Assembly: GCA_963737065.1 (NCBI GenBank)
Contig: CAVTRC010000001.1
Coordinates: 1,664,001-1,728,000 of the forward strand
Reading direction: 5' to 3'
DNA: 64,000 nt
DNA from: Candidatus Eremiobacteria bacterium
GTDB lineage: Bacteria > Vulcanimicrobiota > Vulcanimicrobiia > Vulcanimicrobiales > Vulcanimicrobiaceae
The translations under genes and the position numbers were made by a program. Shown piece by piece: positions 50,048-58,725 of this stretch (position 1 is the first letter of the stretch; each line of letters begins with the position of its first letter). The notes beneath the pieces were generated by a model. The model was not told where the DNA came from. It searched no databases and saw only the letters and a program-made list of their open reading frames with translations.

Positions 50048-51533
50048 CGCGCCTCCCGGGAACGAAAATCAGCAGCAGATACAGCAAGAGCATCGCAACA
50101 CACACACGCGTCGGGCCGATGTGAGCAAAGAATGAACCGGCGGGTTTTCCGACCTTTCCAAAGACGACCTGTTGTGTTTCAAGCGGTGCGCGGGCTTGCC
50201 ACGTGCCGTCGGGCGCGATAATCCCGCTGATGCCCGTCGCCGCGGCACGTACGACGTAGGCGCCGGCTTCGATCGCGCGTAGCTGTGCAATCTGCGCGTG
50301 TTGGTACGGACCCGACGTCGTACCGAACCATGCGTCGTCCGTCGCAACGACGAGGACTTGCGCGCCGTCGCGCACTTCCGCATACGCGAGATCGCCGAAC
50401 GCAGATTCCCAGCAAATCAGCGGACCGATCGTTACGCCCGCCGTCGTCGGAAACACCAAAGCCCCGTCGCCTTGCGCGAAATGTCCGTTCAACTCGCCGA
50501 TGTACGGAAGCCACCACAGCCACTGCTGTGCGGGAAAATGCTCGGCAAACGGAACGAGTTGCCGCTTATCATACGTTCCGCTCAAGCCTTGCGGAGTGAA
50601 GAGAAACAGGCTGTTGTAGAACACGTTGTTGCGTAGATCCAGACTTCCCGCAACGAGTGTCGTGTCGCCCTGCCGCGCGAGATCGGTGAACGCGTTCAAT
50701 AAGTCGGGACGTTGATTCAATCCGCCGTTTGCGATCGCGATAACGGTCTCCGGCCAAACGATCAGCTTCGGATCGCGCGCGAGCGCGCTTTGGGTCATCG
50801 ATTCGTACCGGTCGATTGACTCTTCCAAAGCGCCGCGCTGCCACTTGAGCGATTGCGTAATGTTTCCTTGCACCGCGGCGACCGCAATCGCCGGCGGTGG
50901 AACGCTGCGCGCGGGCCATGCAATCCACGCCACCGCGGCCGCAACGATGATGCTCGCAACGGTAAGTGCGAATGCCCGCCACGATCGTCGCGCGATTGCG
51001 TCGGCGGCATACGCGCCGAACGCGCACAAAACGAACGTGACGCCGCTTGTTCCGATATAGGCTGCTAACGCCCGCAGCGGTGTATCGGCTTGCGTGTAGC
51101 CGAGTTGGGCGAACGGAACGCCGAGCGGGCCGATCGAGCGCGTCCATTCCATAACCGCGAACGCCGCCGCGGTCGCAAGCGGTGCAAGCGCCGGAAGCGC
51201 GCGTTCACGCGCGACCCAACCGAGCAATGCCGCCGCTCCGAACGCGAGCGCCTCGATCGCAGCCGCGACGATGACCGCCGCATAAGCCAGAGGGCCGACT
51301 ATCGTTTGGATTGTCGTGGTCCACCACCAGAAATTGATGGTGAAAAAGATCCATCCGGCGAACCAACCGGTGGCGAACGCGCGTTTCCAGGATGCGCCTT
51401 CCCATGCGAAGAACAGCGCGGCGGCTCCAAGCGGGGCGAAAGCCGCGATCCCGGTTCGCGGGAACGCGAGCGCCAGGAGGATGGCACCCGAAGCCGCAAC
51501 GGCCGCGCTGCGCGCCCGTTCTGAGGAGAGCAT
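50037..51533 (-). CDS. lnt: Apolipoprotein N-acyltransferase
   Basis: LGYTQ, VQGNI, WPET (E), YDKRQLVPFAE (K), ICWES (C) and LRAIE motifs. Confidence 0.95.
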   Translation of the reverse strand: MLSSERARSAAVAASGAILLALAFPRTGIAAFAPLGAAALFFAWEGASWKRAFATGWFAGWIFFTINFWWWTTTIQTIVGPLAYAAVIVAAAIEALAFGAAALLGWVARERALPALAPLATAAAFAVMEWTRSIGPLGVPFAQLGYTQADTPLRALAAYIGTSGVTFVLCAFGAYAADAIARRSWRAFALTVASIIVAAAVAWIAWPARSVPPPAIAVAAVQGNITQSLKWQRGALEESIDRYESMTQSALARDPKLIVWPETVIAIANGGLNQRPDLLNAFTDLARQGDTTLVAGSLDLRNNVFYNSLFLFTPQGLSGTYDKRQLVPFAEHFPAQQWLWWLPYIGELNGHFAQGDGALVFPTTAGVTIGPLICWESAFGDLAYAEVRDGAQVLVVATDDAWFGTTSGPYQHAQIAQLRAIEAGAYVVRAAATGISGIIAPDGTWQARAPLETQQVVFGKVGKPAGSFFAHIGPTRVCVAMLLLYLLLIFVPGRRGAI

Positions 51534-52365
51534 GATTCGTAGATTCGGTTTCGTCGTCGTTTTTGTCAGTGCGCTCATCGTAGCCGCGTGCGGACGTCAG
51601 GTAACGCCGAACAGATTCAATGGCCCGGGAGGCAATCTGCCCGCCGGCTTCATGCAAGCCAAGTTCCAGGTCAATCAACCCTTCAACTTCCAAAACTATT
51701 CGTACGTGATCGTTTTCGATACGCAGGGCGACGGCTTCACGCCGGATGCAAACGGCACTCAGACGGCGTATCGCGGCTATAATTTCGCGATCGTCGTGAG
51801 CGGAACGTCGGGCAATGTCACTGCGACCGCGTATTATTTCTATCGTCCGAGCAACAACGCGGCGCCAATTCTCCTCCCGGTACCCGTAGTGGCCGGCCAG
51901 CTGCAGTTCACGCCGAACCTCAACGGACAAGGCACGCAGTTTCAGGTCCTATTCAATCGCGTGATGGCGGGCGCGTATGCAACGGCCACACCCTCGGGAG
52001 GCGCAAGCGCATCACCGACCGCATCGACGAATCCATCGCCGACGGCCAGCGGCGCATCGCCCAGTGCATCGCCGACCGCAACGCCCGTTCCCGGTACGGC
52101 GGCGACGTGGACGTTCAACTATTTCGTCGTCCAAGGTTCGATTCAACAAGGCGTCGCGTTGATCGGCGGCGTCGCGGGCGCATCGGGCGCGGGGTACATC
52201 GTCGACTCGCTGGGATCCGGCGGAGCAAACGACGCAACGTATACCTCACCGAATCTCGATACGACGGCGAGTTTCGATACGGGTGCGTTCTTTCCGCGAG
52301 CCGGTACGCATGCGAGCGATCCAACCGCGCAGATTCAATCAGGCGATATCGCCAACAATCCGTAG
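51532..52365 (+). CDS. Hypothetical lipoprotein with a Ser/Pro/Thr linker
   Basis: GAGGAG SD; MIRRFGFVVVFVSALIVAA-C lipobox. Confidence 0.75.
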   Translation: MIRRFGFVVVFVSALIVAACGRQVTPNRFNGPGGNLPAGFMQAKFQVNQPFNFQNYSYVIVFDTQGDGFTPDANGTQTAYRGYNFAIVVSGTSGNVTATAYYFYRPSNNAAPILLPVPVVAGQLQFTPNLNGQGTQFQVLFNRVMAGAYATATPSGGASASPTASTNPSPTASGASPSASPTATPVPGTAATWTFNYFVVQGSIQQGVALIGGVAGASGAGYIVDSLGSGGANDATYTSPNLDTTASFDTGAFFPRAGTHASDPTAQIQSGDIANNP

Positions 52366-52455
52366 CGCGACGCCAAGAGCCGAGGACCGCCTTTTTAGAA
52401 CCGACTGAGCCGGGTTTGATTGGCGGCGCCGCGCTGAGCACGGTACGATGCGCCG

Positions 52456-53273
52456 GTGAAATGCCGACTCGCGCTTGTGCTCGTTCTGCTTGCGGCAACG
52501 CAACCTTCGCGCGGGCGTCGACGCGCGGCTGGAGCGTCGACGACGCGCGTCGCCGTCTGCGTGGTAAAGCAGGCACGTTACTGTCCATTGCGTTCGTGCA
52601 CCCGGGATCGAAATCACCGCAGACGCTGTCGCTCGTCCGCGCGGACGTGAAACCGCCGACGGTATATTTCTCGATGTTGCCTTACGACATTGCGTACATC
52701 TACATCGCGACGTTCGGCGACGATACTGCGCGCGAATTTCATACCGCGGTGCAGCGGAGCGAAGCCGCCGGCGCGCGCGCTTACGTCGTCGACCTGCGCA
52801 ACGACGGAGGCGGTATCGTGGAAACCGCGTTGCAGATCTCGTCGGGATTCGTCTCGAGCGGTCCGCTTGTTTCCATTGAAACGAGCGGCGGCCACATCGA
52901 TACGTTCGATGCTGACGCCGGCGCAATTGCTCCCAAACCGCTTGCGGTGCTGGTGAACGGATATAGCGCCTCGGCCTCGGAAATAACGGCGGCCGCGATT
53001 GCTGAATCGGGCTCGGGCATTTTGGTCGGTACGACGACGTTCGGCAAGGGCGTCGTGCAATCCGTAACGCGATTTGCCGACGGCTCCGCGATCAAGATCA
53101 CGACCGGCCGCTATTTCACGCCGCTGAACCACGACATCAACGGTCGGGGCATCGTGCCGGGCGTTATTGTGCAAGAAAATTCGAAAGCCGTCTTCGGCGA
53201 GCCCGGCCACGATGCGCAACTTGCTCGCGCCGTACAGGTCCTCGAAGAGCGACTACCGCCTCGAGGGGTATAA
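52456..53273 (+). pseudogene. S41 (CtpA-like) peptidase with an apparent internal deletion and frameshift
   Basis: Signal peptide VKCRLALVLVLLAA in one frame. Half a PDZ (STRGWSVDDARRRLRGKAGT) and DLRNDGGG, SASASE, TFGKG and GIVP lie in another frame from ~52510. Confidence 0.7.
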
Positions 53274-53280
53274 GCCCCGC

Positions 53281-53469
53281 ATGAGCATCAGTGACGCTAC
53301 GGACGTTCAAGAACTTACCGGCTGTTCGCATGACATTTGCCGCTGTACGTTGATGGGCGCGGTACTCGGGTCGTCGTATTGTGGCGATTATTGCGAGAAC
53401 GCCGATACCGGTTCGATCGAGGGCGAGGCTTGCGGGTGCGGGCATCCGGCATGCGATACGCCGCAATAA
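53281..53469 (+). CDS. Bacterial metallothionein-like protein
   Basis: 62 aa with 8 Cys and 2 His: CSHDICRC...YCGDYC...CGCGHPAC. Confidence 0.75.
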   Translation: MSISDATDVQELTGCSHDICRCTLMGAVLGSSYCGDYCENADTGSIEGEACGCGHPACDTPQ

Positions 53470-53674
53470 TCGTTTTCGCGGTGCCGCGGGTCGGCCTTCC
53501 CTTCGGAAAGCGCTGGAAAATCGACGTCGTGTCGATTTTCCGCTTACGCACTTTTTGGGCAGAACGAAGTTTTGTAGATCACATCGTGTGATGGGCCAAA
53601 AAGTTGCAAATTTCCGTAGGGAAGGCCGACCCGCGGCACCGCGAAAACGATCACTGCGGCGTATCGCATGCCGG
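53446..53674. repeat. 64-bp inverted repeat enclosing nested hairpins
   Basis: 53446-53509 matches the reverse complement of 53611-53674 at 61/64 positions. Inner stems: GGAAAATCGAC/GTCGATTTTCC, CTTTTTGG/CCAAAAAG, ATCACA/TGTGAT. Confidence 0.95.
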
Positions 53675-53985
53675 TCTGATATAAGAAGGATGATGGGAGC
53701 GGTTGAGCGTTGGCGACCGGTGTTGTAGCGCGATACATTTCTCGCTAAGAAAAGCGTGGGAAAATGGACATTACGTGGATCTTGCGCTTGCGCTTTTTGC
53801 GCAGCGAACGGACTTTGTCGATCACGGCGTGTAATGGCGAGAAGACTTGCAGATTTTGGTCGGGAGCGGTGTATTGCACCGCAGAGACCGCGCCGGCTCA
53901 TGCGGCGTATCGGCTCGCGGTGATATAGAAGCATGACGCGACGGTTTGAGCGGTTGGCGGCGGCGATTGCGCGGTATTCGTTGGG
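53505..53985. repeat. Degenerate tandem direct duplication, period ~240-246 bp
   Basis: Colinear anchors: GGAAAAT 53515/53759, CTTTTTG 53551/53793, GATCAC 53577/53820, GCACCGC 53636/53876, TGCGGCGTATCG 53655/53901, TGATATA 53677/53921, TTGAGCG 53703/53946. Confidence 0.85.
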
Positions 53986-54433
53986 ACGAGCAATTCTTGA
54001 AATCGGTCCCGGAGATGGTGAGCTGGCGCAGATATTGACGGATCAGGGGTACGATTATACCGGAATCGATCGAAAGCCGCGTTTCGAGCATCCGGACGTC
54101 AGTGCAGTCGATTTCATGGAGTTTGAAACCGATCGGCGATTTGATTGCGTCGTGACGCAGTACGTGTTGCATCACGCTCCCGATATGAGCGCCTTTGTCG
54201 ATCGGATGGTGGGGTTTACCAAACCTGCGGGCGTCATCGCCGTTGGTGACTATGGGTGGGAGCGCTGCGATGATCCGGTGTTTCGCGCCGAGCGGGCGGA
54301 TTTGCATACGTCCGCGGCAGTCATCGGCGTGCTGGACGGCATGCTGCAGCGCGTCTTTTATGAAGACGTGCCGTATAAGGACGGCGACGACGCGATCGGG
54401 TTCATTTGGATTGGACGGCGGCGCGCGCGTTGA
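53933..54433 (+). CDS. Class I SAM-dependent methyltransferase
   Basis: ILEIGPGDG, TGID, FDCVV...VLHH and KPAG motifs. Confidence 0.85.
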   Translation: MTRRFERLAAAIARYSLGRAILEIGPGDGELAQILTDQGYDYTGIDRKPRFEHPDVSAVDFMEFETDRRFDCVVTQYVLHHAPDMSAFVDRMVGFTKPAGVIAVGDYGWERCDDPVFRAERADLHTSAAVIGVLDGMLQRVFYEDVPYKDGDDAIGFIWIGRRRAR

Positions 54434-54436
54434 TCG

Positions 54437-57010
54437 CTAGAAATTGAACGTCGTCGGAATGAGCGGGCCGCTCTGTCCGACGTTGAACGTTGCGCTTTGC
54501 GACGGGAACGCCAAGATGTTGAGCGAGATCGTGACGAGCTTCAGCGATTGGTTATAAAGCGCCTGAATCTGGTAACAGCCGCCGATGGTTTTCGTCAGGT
54601 ACAGCACCTTGTCGGTGAGCGCGCCCTTCTGCTTCCAGTTGATATCCGTGACGAACTGCGCGGCGGTGTTCGGGCCGAGCGGAAACGCCACTTGCGCGTT
54701 CGTCGTGTAGAAGCCGTTGCCGGGCCCCGGATTGAACGAGCCCGATAAAAGAACGATGGAGCGCGCGCTCGGCGCGGCCATGAATTGATACGTCACCGGT
54801 TGCGCTTGCCGGTCGAAGTACGTGGAGAAGCCGAGCGAGAGATTATAGTAGTTTCCGTTGAAGAGACGGACGAGGTCCTGCGCGGCTTTCGAGTTTATTG
54901 TCGGTTGCTGGTCGAGGAATTGGAACGGCTCGAACGCGGGGCCGTTGTAGTTTGATTCGTCGTACGTGACACTGTTTACGAAATGCGAGCCGATCGGCGT
55001 ATTGAGCGACATGTTCTGCTGGATCGAAGCCTTCAAATCGCCGGTGCCGTACGCGTATTGGTTCAGATTGAGCGTCGCTTGGAAGTCGCTATTGGCGACT
55101 TTCGCGATCAATGGGCCCATGTTGAGGCCGATGTCGGCGCGCGAGGTTGAAAATGCGTTCGAGGGCTCCGAATATTCGCCGATGACGAAGTTCGCGTTCA
55201 TCGGGAAGTACTTGAAATCCGGGAAAAATTTGTACGGGCGAACCGTGAATTCCGGCAATTTGTTTACACCGTACGGTTGCGCGGCGTACGTCCGGTCGAT
55301 ATCCATCTGATAATCCGCACCGGCGGTGGCGAAATCGGCGAGATCGTTCACGTGTGACGTCGAATTACTCGTGGCGAAGCCGGCGTAGTCCGACGAACTG
55401 CTCGCCAAATTGAAGTTCAGCGAATTGCGTAGCGTCTGCGTGATCTGGCGGCTGTCGGTAACGGAATACGAGGTGCTGTTCGACTGATTGCCGACGGCGC
55501 TGTAGGTGAAGTCGTACGTCTGATTCGAGCGCAGGCCGGTGTGCGCGACATTCGCCGTAAATCCCGTGTTCGCCGGAACGTTCGTGTACGGGCCGAAGTT
55601 CGACACATACGTCAGCCCGAAATTGCCCTTCAACGAGTTCGAGAAGTTTTCGAGCTCGTTGAGCGCGATGTTGTTCTGCCGAGACTGAACGCGCTTGTCG
55701 CTGATCGTATAGAAGCTCAGTGAGGCGCTGCGGTGGCCGCTGTGCGACGTGTAATACCCGGTATAGCCGAGGCCGAGACCGACCTTAGTGTAGTAGTTGA
55801 CGGTGTAGTAACCGTAATAGTACTGGTTCTTGCCGAACGTCATGCGGACTTTGATCCAGTAGCCTTCGTATTCGTCGTATCCGATGTCGGGGAAGTAGCG
55901 CGGACGTTGCGCTTCGCCCTGAACGGTGCGCAGCGGAATGATCACTTTCGGAAGCCAGAATACCGCTGCCGCACCGAGCCACAAGATCGCTTTGTAGATC
56001 ACGATCTTATCGCCCGGGTAGACGTCCATGTTCTTGCCGGTAATGTGGTAGCCGCTGCGCGAGTTCATACACGTCGAGACGCTCGGCGTGAGACCGTGGC
56101 CGACGCCGTCTTGGTCGGTGTGCAAATCCTTCGCATTGAAATGCACGAGCCCGCGTTCGACGCCTTCCGAACTGGTGCCGCGTCCGTTCGAGAGTTTCGC
56201 CGTTTGATCGATCGTGTCGAACGTTATCGCGTCGGCTTCGAGAACGGAATCCTCCGCGCGGTTGATGATGAACGGGTGGCCGGTGATCGTGATCGTGCGC
56301 AGACCGTCGAAGTGCGCGTGGTCGCCGACGATTTCTTCGGCGCCGTAAAGAATGTGCACGTTGCCGTCCGCGTCACCGGGTTGGCCTTGAACGGTATTGC
56401 CGGAAACTGTATCGGCGAGAACCGCAATATGATTCGGCGGGAGTGTCGGCACGCCGGTTGGTGCCGGCGTGGGATTCGGCGGCGATTGACCGGCCGGTGT
56501 GATCGGAGGCGGCGTCGATCCGCCGCGCTGCACGAACACCGGCTGGTTTTGATTCCAAGGATTCGGCGTCGCCGTCGGAATCGGGAGCGGTGACTCGAGC
56601 ACGCCGGGCGAGACGCCCGGTTGCGGAGGCGGCGTGGCATAGAGGGTCGTCGTTGAATTGCTGCGCGGAGCGAAGGTCGCCGATGGTTGCGGTGACGGCG
56701 TCGCGCCGAACGGCGTCGGCGTCGCAAAAGGATTGGGCGTTGTGAACGGCGTCGGCGTTGCGAAGGGGGTCGGCGTAGCGAACGGATTCGGCGTCGGCGG
56801 CGGCGTCGGGAACGTCTGTTGCGCGATGTCGTTTTGCGGTTCGAAGAGCTCGCGATGATCCGCGCAGTTTTGGCCGTTCATCAGCGTCAGCATCCGCAGG
56901 TTTTCATCGCCAACTGCGCTCGCGTTTGCGGCCGGCGCATACGACACGAGCACGGCAAGAATACAGACGATCGCGGTGAGTCCGCGACGCACGCGCCAAG
57001 TCGCCTTCAC
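54437..57010 (-). CDS. lptD: LptD-like LPS assembly outer-membrane protein
   Basis: Signal peptide, Pro/Thr linker, jellyroll-like region (ADGNVHILYG, STC...YHITG), aromatic Asn/Ser-rich barrel-like region ending in F; directly downstream of lptF/G. Confidence 0.75.
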   Translation of the reverse strand: MKATWRVRRGLTAIVCILAVLVSYAPAANASAVGDENLRMLTLMNGQNCADHRELFEPQNDIAQQTFPTPPPTPNPFATPTPFATPTPFTTPNPFATPTPFGATPSPQPSATFAPRSNSTTTLYATPPPQPGVSPGVLESPLPIPTATPNPWNQNQPVFVQRGGSTPPPITPAGQSPPNPTPAPTGVPTLPPNHIAVLADTVSGNTVQGQPGDADGNVHILYGAEEIVGDHAHFDGLRTITITGHPFIINRAEDSVLEADAITFDTIDQTAKLSNGRGTSSEGVERGLVHFNAKDLHTDQDGVGHGLTPSVSTCMNSRSGYHITGKNMDVYPGDKIVIYKAILWLGAAAVFWLPKVIIPLRTVQGEAQRPRYFPDIGYDEYEGYWIKVRMTFGKNQYYYGYYTVNYYTKVGLGLGYTGYYTSHSGHRSASLSFYTISDKRVQSRQNNIALNELENFSNSLKGNFGLTYVSNFGPYTNVPANTGFTANVAHTGLRSNQTYDFTYSAVGNQSNSTSYSVTDSRQITQTLRNSLNFNLASSSSDYAGFATSNSTSHVNDLADFATAGADYQMDIDRTYAAQPYGVNKLPEFTVRPYKFFPDFKYFPMNANFVIGEYSEPSNAFSTSRADIGLNMGPLIAKVANSDFQATLNLNQYAYGTGDLKASIQQNMSLNTPIGSHFVNSVTYDESNYNGPAFEPFQFLDQQPTINSKAAQDLVRLFNGNYYNLSLGFSTYFDRQAQPVTYQFMAAPSARSIVLLSGSFNPGPGNGFYTTNAQVAFPLGPNTAAQFVTDINWKQKGALTDKVLYLTKTIGGCYQIQALYNQSLKLVTISLNILAFPSQSATFNVGQSGPLIPTTFNF
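56708..56795 (-). repeat. Intragenic 18-bp repeats encoding TP(N/T)PF(A/T/G) x5
   Basis: TPNPFA TPTPFA TPTPFT TPNPFA TPTPFG in the LptD-like N-terminus. Confidence 0.85.
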
Positions 57011-57014
57011 GATG

Positions 57015-58169
57015 TCAGCGTTCTTCCAACCAGAGGAGCACGAGACCCGCGGTTCCCATGATGATGTTCGGAAGCCAAGCGGCTAAGTACGGGTTGATCT
57101 GATTGTTCCGGCCGAGCGCGGCGCCGGCCGACGACATCAGGTAATAGACGAAGAACGCAAGAATGGCGAGCGAAATTGCGAGCGTCCTGCCGCGTTTTCC
57201 ATAACGCAGCGCGAGTGGAACGGCGAGCACCACTCCGATGAAGGAGGCGAACGGCCATGCCAGCTTGTTCGCCAGGTTTACTTGAAGCGTGCCGAGCGCC
57301 GTTCCGCTGACGCCTTGCGCTTGCATGGCCTGTACCTGCGTCGCTAACGTTTTACTCGACGTCGTGCTCGCATCCGAATTGATGCTTGTCATGAACTGCG
57401 CCGCCGCCTCGGCCAGCGGCAAGCCGATCAGCGCGTCGTCGATGTGTTGCTGGCTAATGACGAACCCTTCGGCGTTGTAGCGCGTGTCGATCACGTCGTG
57501 CAGATGCAGCGCGCTATGATCGACGCTCGCCGTTTTCGCTTGCAGCGTTTCCGACCACTCGCCGTAGCGCGCAGGCTTATACACCTGAACGCCTTGCATC
57601 GTCTTATGATCCGGAAGAATCTGCGTGATAAAGAAAACGTTTCCGGTGTCGGGATCCTTGCTGAAAAATTGCGGTTCTACGGGCAGTGCGTTCGTGTGAT
57701 AGATGATCTGGTAAAACGTGCGCGTCGAAAGTTCAGCCGATGCGGGAGCGACCCACTCGTCGGTCGCGTACGCGACGAGGAACATCGCGAAACCGAAGAT
57801 GAGCGGCGTGAGCGCGATGCGCCAGATCGGAATGCCGGACGTTCGCATCGCGATCACTTCGTTGTCGCCCATGACCCGTGCCATCGCGAGCAATCCCGCG
57901 AAGAGACTTGCAAACGGAAATGCGAGCGAAACGGCGGGCGGCACGCGGAAAAGCACGAAGCGGAGCACGAGAAAAAACGGCGCATGCTCGTTGATGATGT
58001 AATCCGCGGCCGCGAAGAAGATGTTGAGCGCCCAAAACAGCAAGAACGCCGCGAATGCAAAGATGAATGGCCCCACCATCTCGCGCAGGAGATAGCGATC
58101 CAAAATCGGCAGGCGCCATCCCGATACGGCAACACGAGGCAGCGGCTGACGTTCGGTGAGCGTCGCCAT
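57015..58169 (-). CDS. LptF/LptG family permease
   Basis: ILDRYLLRE, NEVIAMRTSGIP, KLAWPFA and LAAWLPNII motifs. Confidence 0.92.
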   Translation of the reverse strand: MATLTERQPLPRVAVSGWRLPILDRYLLREMVGPFIFAFAAFLLFWALNIFFAAADYIINEHAPFFLVLRFVLFRVPPAVSLAFPFASLFAGLLAMARVMGDNEVIAMRTSGIPIWRIALTPLIFGFAMFLVAYATDEWVAPASAELSTRTFYQIIYHTNALPVEPQFFSKDPDTGNVFFITQILPDHKTMQGVQVYKPARYGEWSETLQAKTASVDHSALHLHDVIDTRYNAEGFVISQQHIDDALIGLPLAEAAAQFMTSINSDASTTSSKTLATQVQAMQAQGVSGTALGTLQVNLANKLAWPFASFIGVVLAVPLALRYGKRGRTLAISLAILAFFVYYLMSSAGAALGRNNQINPYLAAWLPNIIMGTAGLVLLWLEER

Positions 58170-58183
58170 GAAAGAAACGGAAA

Positions 58184-58657
58184 CTAGTAGCTCCGGTAGG
58201 CGGTGATCACGCGCATAACGTACGCGCGCGTTTCGGCGTAGGGTGGGACGCCATGATACCGGTCGACGGCTCCCGGTCCGGCGTTATACGCGGCGACCGC
58301 TAAGGTGGTGTTCCCGTGATAGCGATCGAGCAGTCCTTTCAGGTATGCACTGCCGCACTGCACGTTTTCGGTCGCATCGAAGGCGTTCGCGATCCCGCAG
58401 CCCGCAGCGGTTCCGGGCATCAATTGCATGAGCCCTTGCGCTCCGGCAATGCTCACCGCGGACGGATTGCCCGCGGATTCCGCCATCAATACCGCGCGCA
58501 CGAGCCCGGCGGGAACGCCGCTGTTCGCGGATGCTTGATTGACGAGGTCCGAGATTTCATTGGGATCGAGGGCATGCGGCGCATACGGAAGGTAACCTGC
58601 GCTGCCACAACCGTACAGCAGGCTCAGGAGAGCAAAAACTCCGAGCAGTCGTCTCAT
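58184..58657 (-). CDS. Lytic transglycosylase (SLT) lipoprotein
   Basis: LYGC lipobox, AES, GAQGLMQLMP, AAYNAG and PPYAETRAYV motifs. Confidence 0.92.
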   Translation of the reverse strand: MRRLLGVFALLSLLYGCGSAGYLPYAPHALDPNEISDLVNQASANSGVPAGLVRAVLMAESAGNPSAVSIAGAQGLMQLMPGTAAGCGIANAFDATENVQCGSAYLKGLLDRYHGNTTLAVAAYNAGPGAVDRYHGVPPYAETRAYVMRVITAYRSY

Positions 58658-58725
58658 GTGCACGCCCCATTTTCTCCTATAGGCTGCGGCGGCCTTTCCG
58701 AGGGATTACGAGAAACGTCCGGTTC

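Noticed and set aside
53530..53556. Second ECF42 promoter (TGTCGA at 53530)
   Set aside because: No CG(A/T)C -10 element at the right spacing; the hexamer is part of a hairpin arm.
53446..53674. Retron msr-msd, 6S, SRP, RNase P or tmRNA identity for the fold-back element
   Set aside because: No reverse transcriptase in the window and none of the signature sequences were seen; a 64-bp near-perfect stem does not fit these RNAs.
53164..53934. 256-aa minus-strand ORF spanning the repeats
   Set aside because: Arg-rich, no motif, and overlaps the metallothionein-like gene antisense; its internal similarity simply mirrors the DNA duplication.
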